A stretch of DNA of 63,839 bases, counting the filler, from Intoshia linei (taxonomy: Eukaryota; Animalia; Orthonectida): assembly GCA_001642005.1 (NCBI GenBank). It is 4 parts of 4 records of this genome, joined end to end, with 100 filler letters (N's around TTAATTAATTAA, not from the genome) between each part and the next. Parts side by side here need not be neighbours in the genome. Positions count along the whole stretch, not along the records: positions 28,382 to 50,288 come from LWCA01000631.1; 3 more parts are not named here. One strand, given 5' to 3'. The translations under genes and the position numbers were made by a program. Shown one piece after another: positions 29,935 to 41,929 of the stretch; the first letter of the stretch is position 1, and each line of letters begins with the position of its first letter. Under the pieces are notes generated by a model. The model did no database searches. It was not told where the DNA came from and was given only the letters and a program-made list of their open reading frames with translations.

Positions 29935-30733
29935 ATTTGTATAATTTTAATTAAATGGATTAGTGTTAATTGCATTTTTATTCTCGATAGACTCAATACA
30001 AAGAAAAGGATTAATTCTATGTTAAATTTGTGTTTTACTTTATCATCTTATTCTCTTGACGTGGCACAATTCATTTGACTAATTGTAATGAACGTTATTC
30101 GTATTTATTGAAAACGCAAATAAATGTACTTGTATGTATTTTTAGAAACAATGCAATCGGCAACATTATTGTTTTGTTTGTGTCAATCATGACAATATAT
30201 CATTGATGCAATAAAAATGAAAGGTGATTTGTTGCACTTTGCATTCTATTTTTTCTTTGATATCGTACGCATTTTGACATTCTTTTGGGTAGATTCGAAT
30301 GAGGCTATGGTTTATACAAACATTATTCATTTGAGTTTAATTAGGCATACCAACAGTTTGTTTAGAGGCGTGTTTATACAATTAAGCCTGCAATTGTTGA
30401 AATACACTTGGGCTGTATAATATATCAAATACGTCATGTGTTTTAGTCAATTTCTTTCATTTGAAAACTAGCTAGATATCATAATGTTATTTTTTTCACA
30501 CTACATTCGCAGAAACGTATTTTGAATTACATTCCATCTAAATCTGAAATGGATAGCCATCAATCCAATTACCAATTGATTTAATTAGTATAATCGATAA
30601 TTGTATTACTCAAATCTTAAACGTATCATTATATTTATTTGTTCTGAACCATTTAAAAAATAATCAATATTATATAATCTATATTACGCCAACTCATCCT
30701 GTTTACAGATCAATTAAAAACTAAACAATACCC

Positions 30734-33700
30734 ATGTTTATTTGCAATTTTGACATGTTATTTGTTATATTCAATTTTTTAACATTTTTGGTTCCGGTAA
30801 TTCCCCAAATATTGATCGAGAACCAATACGATGAATCTAATTTACTCACCACCATTCAATACGAAATCAAGGAAAACACAAAAGTAAATACACAAATTGC
30901 TAGCATTCGCACCGATGCTAGACTCGCTGGTTATTACGATAAAGACGATTACAAACTTTTACAATTCAAACTACTTACCGATCAATACAACCACCTGTTT
31001 AATATCGACAACGTTTCCGGAGACGTTACAATATTGTCCAACGTTGACAGAGAAACTCTTTGTAGATCGCTAGATAACTCAAACTGTAAAATTGAACTGA
31101 GCATAGCAATCCACCCTCGTCAATATTTTCGAATCATCAACATGGTCATTAAAATAATAGACGAAAACGACAATACGCCAACATTTGATAATAAATATTA
31201 TACAATCAGAATGCACGAATCTGTTTCAGTTGGTACCGAATTCAATTTACCGCGAGCCCATGATGCAGATTTTGGGTCCTTGGGAGTGGTGAGATACAGT
31301 TTGTCACCACAAGAACATGAATTTGATATTAAATTTAACAAAACTCTTGACGGACTACTTGCCGCTAGACTCGTAATTCGCCAAAGGTTGGATCGTGAAA
31401 AACGTGACTTGTACAATCTAAAATTAGTGGCCTATGATGGAGGAGTTCCAGGTAACGTTGAAAAAAATTAAATTACTGTATTATTAGAATTTTTTTATTT
31501 ATAAATCTATCAAATCAATTGATATATTAATACAATTATTTTTTTCCATTATAATTTTCAAGTTTAACTAAACATATTTAGCATTATACGACACTTTAAA
31601 AATAAAGATTGAAATTATGGATGCAAATGATAACAACCCAATATTTATGGAAAAAACGTATAAAGCAATAATTTCCGAAGCATCCCCACCAAATTCACAC
31701 ATTCTTAGTATTCATGCGACGGATTTAGATTTGGGCGACAACGGACAAGTTAAATACAAATTTGATTCAGCTACAAAAAGTATGTACGGTCATTTGTTTA
31801 ATTTGGACACGAAAAACGGCGAATTGACCACCAAAGAACGTTTGGATTACGAAGTACAAGATAAATATCATTTGGTTGCAAAAGCCTATGATTTGGGTAT
31901 CGGATCTTTTCCTGCGGAAGTAATTTTTAAAAACGACTAATTTAATTTATTATTTATTAAATACCATTTTTCCTTGCCTGCAGTATAAATTGTCAAAATT
32001 TATATTATAAATGTATAATTTAATTGACCTTAATTCCCTTCATAAAATTTTTGTTAATGTTTACATTTTACATTACTGAAGTGAATATTAATGTAAAATT
32101 TACTTTGTAAATGTGCTTTATGAATTTTAAGTATCATTCAAACGTCGTGTACTTTAAATGATTTTTATATAACTAAACTTGAATGAGATTAAGACGACGG
32201 TTGAATATAATTTTACTAATATCTTCAATTAAGTCTTAATTAAAGAATGGAATTAATTAGTTCATGTTTTATTTTGCATTTAACTGATTTGAATAAAAAA
32301 ATGATTTTTAATAAAAATATTAGTAGAAAATATCACGATTAAGATTGCCATTTCTAAAACTCCTAACAATTCATATGTCCAGAGCCTACCTACCCACGGC
32401 CGTGGAGAACCAGAGTATGCCCCACACCAAGGTTTGCCCCAAAACCGGGGTCGTACTGTAATTTTAAATGATTAGAATTTATTTTTTAGACATTCATTTT
32501 GGTTCAATTGCAAGATGTAAATGACAATAAACCAATTATTGTGATATCTACCTTAACCGACACAAATAGCAACACTGTTTATATTGCAGAAAACCACGAA
32601 AAAAACACATTTGTAGCGCATGTACACGTAAAAGATATAGATTCTGCCTCTCAATCTACCGTTCAATGTGAATTGAACCACGCTCAATTTTATTTGCAAC
32701 AGACCACTTATATGGACTATCAAATCAAGACACTTGAAAAATTGAATAGAGAAGCAAACGATTCCTACAGTGTTGAGATTAAATGTACTGATAATGGAAT
32801 TCCTAAACTGACAAGTTCAAAACAAGTCAGAATAGAGGTACATAATTTAACTTTTTAATTTTAATACAATGTATTGGTTTCATCAGGGTTCAACAACCAG
32901 TGGCCCGCAGAATAATTTTGGTGTCCCTTTGAGTAAATATGGAAATTATTTATTTTTCCACTTTTAAACACCATTTTAAACATTTTCTACTACAAAAATT
33001 ACAATTGGCTCATTATAATCATTTCAATGCTGAATTTTCAAATCACCTGGATTTTATTTTGTTGAATATACTAGAACCGTTTCTTTTAGTTAAAATTGAA
33101 ACGTATCATATGTAAATTTTGAAAAACGGGCCCCATTGGAATTTTTTGGTATAAAAAAGTGGTCCACAAGATGAAAAAGGTTGACGACCCCTGGTTTACA
33201 TGTATATCATATCAACGATTCCAAAATGCAAGTTTGTGAAATAATTTTACAGTCACAGGAAATTTTTTTGAAAATATTTCAAATTAAAATTATTAAAATT
33301 GTAAATTGTAAATTTATATCATTTTGTTTTTAAAATTTTTTCTAGTAATTTCGTTTTAGTGGGTCGTGAAAAATTTCATAGTAAATTAACAGTCAGCAGT
33401 GAAGAAATTGTGAGAACCCTTGTTTTATAATATATCATTCAAATTATATGCCATAATTATATCAATATTGAAGATTTTATTACTTAATGAAGTTTTAATA
33501 ATAAAATAACAATAATTATGAAATATTATGAAATTTCAGTAAATTTAAAAAGTATTGCTGCGTGAGGGTAAAATTTACTTTAGGTATTGGACCGAAACGA
33601 TAATGTACCATATTTTGATAAATTATTGTATGAATCTGAAATTGAAGAAAACGAGGTGCCGTATTCTCGTGTATTGGTTCAAGTAAAAGCTATGGACAAT

Positions 33701-36700
33701 GACATTGGACCAAATGGAGTTGTGAGATATTTTATAGATAAATATAAAAGTGGTAAATTTTCAAATAATTTTGATATAAACAATATAACGGGTGAAATTT
33801 ATGCAAAAATTGAATTTGACCGTGAAAAATCAGAATACATGGATATAGTAATTTACGCTAAAGATGTAAATAAAAATGGAACAGAAAATGAGATGAAATA
33901 TTTGAATGTATTGGAAAAAAGTTTAACAGGTTCAACAATAGTAAGAATTCATATATTAGACAAGAACGACAATGCGCCAAAATTTAATTATGAAACATAT
34001 TCTTTCAGTGTTTATGAAAATGAGCCAATTGGAACACAAGTAGGGATGTTGAATTGTATCGATACTGATTCTAAAGAATATAGTGAATTTAATTATGAAA
34101 TGTCAAAAAATTACGAATCTTGGAACAATTTTAAAATCGAAAAAGATGGAAAATTATTGACAACAAAAATTTTAGACCGAGAGAATCGTTCCGTGTATTT
34201 TTTGGTTGTAAAAGCAATTGATTCTCATAATTCGTCATTATTTTCGTCAACATCAATTTCTATCTATGTTCAAGATGTTAATGATAATATTCCAATTTTA
34301 CACTTTCCAAAATATCCCAATAATACAGTTATAGTTCCTTCAAATATGCCAATTAACCACCATATTGTAGATATTATGGCTACTGATGAAGACATAGGTG
34401 CAAATGCTAAAATTTTATATGAAATGCATTACATGGATTACGATTCCAAAAATTTTAATGTAAATTTCGAAAAACCAAAAAATTTGAAGAAAATATTGAA
34501 TGGGTCTAATTTTAAAGACCAAGTAAAAAGTTTGGAAAATGTTTACAATTTGTTTACAATAAACTATTACACTGGATCTATAAGAGTAAATAAAAATTTG
34601 TCAAAGTATATCAACTCTGAAATTTTGAATATTAGTTATAAAATTATTACAAAGGATCAGGGTATTAAATCATTATCTTCTCAAGAAATATTGTACATAA
34701 TAATCAATGATACAATGAAATATGTTGAATATGCCGAAAACGAAATTGATAAATTTTCAAATTCGACAATAAAAATTTTTAGTGCAACCTCTACAAATAT
34801 ATTTATAATTGGATTAATTACATTTTGCACACTAGTAATAATGATCATTATCATTATTTCAGTAACATGTTTAATTCAAAAAAACAAGAAAAAAAAATAT
34901 CTAGATGAAAGTACGAAATCAAACAAAGTGTCTCTTAATATACCTAAAATTCGTAGTTTTAAACCAAATTTTGATTTAATAAAAGATGATAAATTCATGG
35001 ATAGCATTCAATCATTTGATAATAGCCAAAACTTAAAGTTAAATACTTTGCAAGTCGATGATTATAATTTTTATTCACAAAGATTAAATTCCAATTATAA
35101 ACAATCTTTTAAAGACTCCTCGGGTAAGGGATTAAATTCTAATCATTTCTATGATAATGTTGACAAACATAAAGTCGAATCGTGTCAATTCCTCAATGTG
35201 AACCTAGAGGTAATTTTTTTAACTTTTAAATAATTTAGTTTTCTTAATTTCATGTGTATCGTTATTTATAATTTGAATTTGCAACTAATATGCTCGGTAT
35301 CTTTAAAGTCGTGTAATAATCAAAGTTTCATGATAAGCGGATCAAATTTTTACATTTTCTGATAATCTGTCAGATTCTTTTGTTTTAATCATCAGTTATA
35401 TTTAATCCCCCCAGGCACTATTTTTTGGTGTGGAATAAATGTTGCATTTATAGTTGCATGTCAGTTTGATTTATAAGTTATTCTACTCGAGTAGTAATTA
35501 TAATCAACAATTAATTGTAAAGTATTGTCTTTCAATTTTATTCATTCAACTATTTAATAATACTCTTTACAATTTTCAAATATTTGTATCCTATCATGTA
35601 ATGATTTTTGACCATTTTCATTTATAAATTATGAGAAATTAATTATTTTATTATTAGTTGATTACTATCCTGGGAATTATTATTTTATATTTCTATTTAC
35701 AACTTTTTTTCTTGTTAATTGACATTTTAATAATTTTTTTTCGTATTGTTGTACATATTGTTGTATTTTTCTACTAAAATACTAAATGTGCTTAATTAGC
35801 CGTATCTTTTATGAGAAATCAAGAATGCAGCTTAATATAAACATGCAACATAATTAATTTAAGGTTTAGTGGCTATAATTATAATTGTATTATATGTATA
35901 ATGTGTATTACCGTATTTTGTTATTTATTACATTTTCATTTTACTTGTTTTTTAAAATTATAATATAATCAATAAATTTTATTAGATAAAAACATTTTCA
36001 TGACATTATTAACATTGTAGTTACATTTCAACATTTTTGACATAAATACTAAGTAAAAATGTATATATTGAAAATTTTTGAAATTTATTATCAAAACAGT
36101 CAAAATCAAAGTTAAAATTTTAAAATGAATGTTTTTCAAATTTTTATTGATATAGATCAGAGATGGGGAAGCATTTAATGTCCAAAAGCAGCACTAACGT
36201 CCAAAAAAATTAATATCTAAACAACATCTGGCAACTATACAATAAGTATTTTACAAAAATAAACTAATTTTTTAATTTTGCTGGTAATAAAACAAGCAAT
36301 GCTGCCAACACCTTTGCTCATGAGCCACGATTAAAATATTTACAGTGTGATGAACATTAAGCCAAACTACAGCTATAACGATGCAAATTAATGAATTTTG
36401 TCTATCCACTACGATAGTCGTTGATATAAAACACACACTTTCTAATTGTGGTAAATTCCAACTAGTAATGTTTTTAGTATCGAATCAACTGTACCCGAGA
36501 CCCTCTGGGGTCAACAAAATTTCATTTTCAAAATGATAAATGTGAGCCATATTTTTTCAATTTAGACATTAAAAAATTATATCCTTCAATATCATAACTA
36601 TTATGTATGTTAAATTTAAAATGTCCAGTGTAAACCTAGTCTTGACGAGGTAGTTAAGGTTATATGCCACTACACATGACTCGCGAAAAATTTTAGGGGT

Positions 36701-38196
36701 TATTTTTAATTTTTATGACCCTTAGCTTGATAGGTTCGGCTAAATGTATTACCATCATTTTCTAGCAGCTAAGAAGACTACTCGTTAGACTTTCTCGTTT
36801 CAGCTTCAACATTTAAAGATTTTACCCTTAAACCCTTTCCTAATTTTATATAAACAATAAATCTTAAAAACTATTTTAATTTTTTTAATTAAATTCTCAT
36901 TAAAACAGTTTCAATTATAACTTATACTTTGTGTAATAATAATTAATAATTATTGTACAAATTTTTCAGTATTATTGTTATCCTGATGTTGTCTATTTAG
37001 TGTAAAAATTATGTACATTTTATAAAATGTGTTAATTATTTTAGTTGTAATTATAATATTATTAATGTTAAATTTCAAGTTTAAAAAAAAATTTTGAAAA
37101 ATATAATAGCAATAACGGATTTATCTATAATAATTCACATTTTAAAGTTTTGAATAGTTTTGTTTTTTTTGTTTTGTTTAACTGTATATTAAATTTTTTT
37201 GGTTATTTTCTAAATTTGTGGTGAAAATTTAAAAATGTAGCCATTTAAACTTGAAATTAAACAAAATATTTATTGTTGTGTGAATTAAAATTTTAGACAA
37301 ACGGATATAATTATACAATACCAAACGTTACCCCAAATTATATATTAACAATGAAAAATATGAATATGAACAATATAAACTATGCACACGAAAATAAAAG
37401 TGTTGGCGGAGAATCCGTTGCAGATAGTGGTCACGGGGCAAGTGATATAACTGGAGAAACGAAAACCGTATCTGTTTTACCCAAAGGTAACATTGTTGTC
37501 ATTCCTTTATACTGAAAAATTGCACATTGACAATTAATATTGATTTATGGGTTATAAAAATATTGAAATTGTGAAATTTACCCGAGTGAGCCATCAATTT
37601 TTGACACATTTTTAGTGACAAAAATCTAATTTGTTTATTTGACATTGATAAATTTATTCATCAATTTAAATGCGCCAACAGTGTATTTAATATTGTTTAA
37701 CATTTGTAATTCTTAAATAGAGATGTATTTATACTTAACCTCATAAAATTTATTGATCATAAATTATAAATACAAGAGTACACAATTAACATTCATTCAA
37801 TGTTAAATGGCATTTATCGAGATATATTAATATTATATATACAATACATTAGTGTGCGACATGTGGTTTCAAAATATATCCTAAATTGCACATATAAATC
37901 ATTGTCTTAGTTTGACGGATGTCAATATGATTATGATAATTTATTGTACTAATTTGAATTTAGGAAATTTACCAGAAAAGAAGAGTAACGTTAATTTAAT
38001 GAATAATTCCAATTTACATTATAAAAAGAAGAAAAATTCAAATTTTTCTTTTCAGACAGATGATGAAGTTTCCATTACCTCGGGCACCTATATTCTCAAT
38101 TCTAATCCTTCAAATTCTAATTCTAATAATGGCCAATTTTATAACAAAAATACCACCAAAAAATCCAATTTAAACCTTACGGATTATATAGTCTAA
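30734..38196 (+). CDS. Protocadherin (delta-like, 7 cadherin repeats), 6 exons (30734-31451, 31582-31919, 32490-32837, 33584-35209, 37297-37486, 37964-38196)
   Basis: Signal peptide; six DxNDNxP linkers with DRE/DYE motifs plus a seventh degenerate repeat; TM IFIIGLITFCTLVIMIIIIISVTCLI; cytoplasmic DSGHGASD motif; splice phases compatible. Confidence 0.93.
32884..33193. mobile_element. hAT-type MITE in a protocadherin intron
   Basis: CAGGG..CCCCTG ends; imperfect TSD ggtttcat/gtttacat; second partial copy at about 45380-45609. Confidence 0.65.
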
Positions 38197-38880
38197 TTTC
38201 TTGTTGTTGTTTGTATACTATTTTTTATTATATACTTTAAAAACCTATTTTGTTAAAGCAGTTTTGCTCTTTATATACATTTCATTTTTACATCAAACGC
38301 AAATAAAAAGTACTCGTTGTTTTCATATCTGTTTAATGGATCAAATAAATGTATACATCAACTATAAATACAATAGTACTCAATTAACATTAATATACAT
38401 ATTCAAGCACATAAAAAGTTACAATTGTATGTTTTCATCATGATCAAACATACATTTCTTTGATATCAAACAAACCATCTGTTAAAAATAAAAAATTTAT
38501 AAATATTTACTGGCAGGAGATAATTATACAAGAATAGAAGCATGAAGATAAAAAAGTGTCTGAGTCAAATAATAAATATAGTATCTTGAGATTTTCAATC
38601 GATATTTTTTTTTTTCCAGTAATCACTTTTTCATAATTTGAGTTTTAAGGTTTTTCGAATTTGGATAATTTTGTTATTTTCCAAAAACAATGACTTATAA
38701 AATATCTTTAAAAATATTTGAAAATATGTAGGGCAATGCAGGTTATTTTAAGTGTGTAGATTCGTTTCATTTATGAAAAAAAGGTAGTTTGGGGTTTTTG
38801 CCATAAAGATATAATCTTTTGAAATTTAAATTTGACAATGTTCATAATTTTAAAATTTATATGAGTGTATAATTTTTTAA

Positions 38881-39213
38881 GGGTGTCTACTTAAATCCAA
38901 CCATTTTTACTAAAAATCCAGTTTTACAGAATTGCGGAGTATCCCATAAAAACTCAATATCACAAACAAAACAAAAGGAAATTCTCACATAGAAAGATTA
39001 TCGATAAACGAGTTATAAACGCTTTAATACTTACTTAAACTGATGATAAAACAAAAAAAAATTTAATAAAAAAATCAATAAAAAACTTTTGAAACCGAAT
39101 TTTTCCATTAAAAATTGATAAAAGCGGATTATTCCCTTAATAGTTGGTAAAAGTGGATTTTTAGTAAAAATGATTGGATTTAAGTAAAAATGATTGGGTT
39201 TAAGAATATTTTC
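38881..39213. mobile_element. Mutator-like MITE, copy 1
   Basis: Perfect 9-bp TSD ATTTTTTAA (38872-38880 and 39214-39222); subterminal inverted repeats; about 225 bp nearly identical to the inverted copy at 43877-44234. Confidence 0.8.
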
Positions 39214-39557
39214 ATTTTTTAAACACTAGATACCGTTTCATTTAAAAAAAAATTTTAAAAATAAAATCAGCCCAAAAATTATCGAACGTGTTTTTAAATC
39301 ATTAACATTTTCGTAAATCTCAGTGTCAGAACCGCACAACTTTACGGTCAAAATCACAAATTACTCTTTGTAATTACCTAAATGAAACATTTCCTAAAAT
39401 TTTATAGAAAATAAATTCTGCGATAGTTTTTAAAATCATCAGCATTATCATTAATAGCAACTTCAAAAAAGATAATTTTCACGATAAATACCACAGATTA
39501 CCTTTTTTTATAAAACGAAAATAATCCTAGAATTTAAAAAATAACAGTTAATACAGT

Positions 39558-39825
39558 CAGGACCGTGGAGAGGCAGCAATAGTTTTGGGCAAAATGAAAA
39601 TTGTATGCCCTATAAAAAATTTAAAAAAATGGGACTTCTATACATTGCTTAATCGATCGTTCATTATCTAAAAATTAAAAATAACCATTGGAAATTGCAT
39701 TTGTTATCGAAATTTTGCTATACTAAATAAATTTTTCAACAGTACCTATTAATAAATTAAAAAAGTAGATTACTCATGATTGTATTCCGGGTCATATGTC
39801 CCCTAGTTCTCTCTCCACGGACCTG
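39558..39825. mobile_element. hAT-like MITE (inverted relative at about 44643-44885)
   Basis: TIR CAGGACCGTGGAGAG and CTCTCCACGGACCTG; 6/8 TSD aatacagt/gatacact. Confidence 0.65.
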
Positions 39826-40149
39826 GATACACTCATATCTAAACACACATAAACATTGTCCATTTGATCATTTGCCGACCCATGATGTTAACCATTAAAA
39901 TATTTATTATATGATTTTGTTGTATTACTAATGTAATGTGGTATCATACCTTGACAATTGTACTATAATATTTCAGAGATCGGCAAAATTTTTTCGTTCT
40001 GAATCAACGTTCAAAAAAGCTGAGAACCGATGATGTAATCGTTTTTCGCGGCAAAACTTCAAATTTAGAATTCAGTAACTTTGAGAAACACTGGGATAAA
40101 AGTAGTAAACTAATAGATACTGATTTAGAAATACGTTCCATACCATATA

Positions 40150-41839
40150 CACTCTGCCAAAATATTATGCAGATTTAAAAAACTCGCAAAAATATACTTA
40201 AAAGTTGAGAGAAATTGTTAATTTTTTATAGAATGTACTTGACATTATGTGATATAATTTGTAATTAAAAAAAAAATTTCAAACAATTAAAATAATTAAA
40301 TATATAGATTTATTAGTTAATGTTATTAGTTATAGTGTGCTAAAATATTATGCAAATGCAATGAATCATACTAAATTTGATGGACCAGATCGTTAAAATT
40401 TAGTTCTAATGTTTAATGTAATTACCATCGACTTTTAACAACTTAATAAGTTTATCATCGACCGAATCGGTCAAATTCTTGACACGTTCTTTCATAATAG
40501 ATTTAGACACCTCTTTAATCGCATTCCAAAGTAGATCAAGGGAGTTATATGAGTCCCAGCAGAATATAATTTTCTAAATGATTAATACAAATAATTATTA
40601 CGGTAATTTCTATATGTTATATTTTTATCATGCTCCAGTAATTTTCTATAGGGTTTAAATCCGGACTGTTAGGGCGCCAATCCATCAATTTTCTTCCACT
40701 AATGCCATTTTCTGAGAGAAATGATTGCGTATACGACGATGCATGTGAAGGTGCATTCTCATGCATAAATATGCAATTATTTTTAAAATTTTCGTTAGTC
40801 GAATTCAGCCATGGAATATAGTGTTGAGCCATAAATTCTGTCTAATTAAATATGAAAATTTAAAAATATCATAATAATAACTATTACAACTTCGAATTTA
40901 TTTTTACGCTACTGGGAACTCTAATTGGCCCTAATACCTCATTAACGATTATGCCTGCCCAAAACAGTATACCACCACAACCTTGTTGACGACGCATTAC
41001 TGATGGTACTTTAGAGTTATATAGTACCCAACCTTTTGACCCGCCATCCGGGCCATCAAGAGTTGCACAACATTCATCTGTAAATATTACGGATTGGAAA
41101 TTTGTCTTTAAATTAATTCTAGCCCATTTCATTCTTTTTTCTTTGTGAATAGGCTTCAAAATCGGTATTCTAAGAGCTTTTTTACAGATGCAGCAGATTT
41201 TAAAACCCTACATCGACTGCTTCTAGGCACATCTCCCATGTTGCAAGCCGAAAATAATCTTAAACTCGTCGCAAGTGGTGTCACAAGCATTTCTTTCTTA
41301 AGAATTCGTAATTGTCTAGGTGAAAGTATCTTATTTCGACCACTATTTGACCTATCATTCTTTTCAGACAGATTTTCTAACCATTTTTTAATANCGCAAG
41401 TGGTGTCACAAGCATTTCTTTCTTAAGAATTCGTAATTGTCTAGGTGAAAGTATCTTATTTCGACCACTATTTGACCTAGCATTCTTTTTAGACGGATCT
41501 TCTAACCATTTTTTAATAGTGCGATGATCACGTTCGAGACATCGTGATATTTGTAGAGTACTTTTTCCTCTTGCCCTTAAACCTATTTGGTTCTTTTCTT
41601 CTATATTTAAGCCGTTTTTCTTTCCCATTTAAAATTTGCATAATATTTTGGCAGACTTAACAATATAAAAAAACGATAATATGCAAATAAAAATTTTTTA
41701 TTTGAATTAAATAAATATTTATTTTTTTAATACATATTGAGTCAATTAAATTTCAATTAATGACATAAAAAATATAAGTTTTAATCATTTGTAGACTGAA
41801 TTACACAAATTTTAGTGATTTTCATATTTTGGCACAGTG
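40150..41839 (-). mobile_element. Full-length but defective Tc1-family transposon of DD37E (TRT) type with IR/DR ends; transposase 41628-40406
   Basis: Outer repeats CACTCTGCCAAAATAT and ATATTTTGGCACAGTG, inner repeats at about 40335 and 41640, TA on the left. Protein motifs RDHRTIK, FTDE..TLDGPDG, RRQQG.GG.LFWAGI, HENAPSH..SPDLNPIE with 37 residues between the 2nd and 3rd catalytic positions. Frameshifts present; 2nd Asp is Glu. Confidence 0.92.
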
Positions 41840-41929
41840 TGTAGTCATCATTATAATTGTAAATATAATTAAAATATTATAATTATTACAGGATTGTACA
41901 TGTATAAATAAATGTTTAATTAATAAAAA

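Noticed and set aside
30217-30420. 67-aa ORF upstream of the protocadherin
   Set aside because: No homology recognised; more likely 5' regulatory or UTR sequence.
41271-41518. About 120-bp duplication within the transposase
   Set aside because: Centred on an N at 41394; most likely an unmerged contig overlap or collapsed copies.
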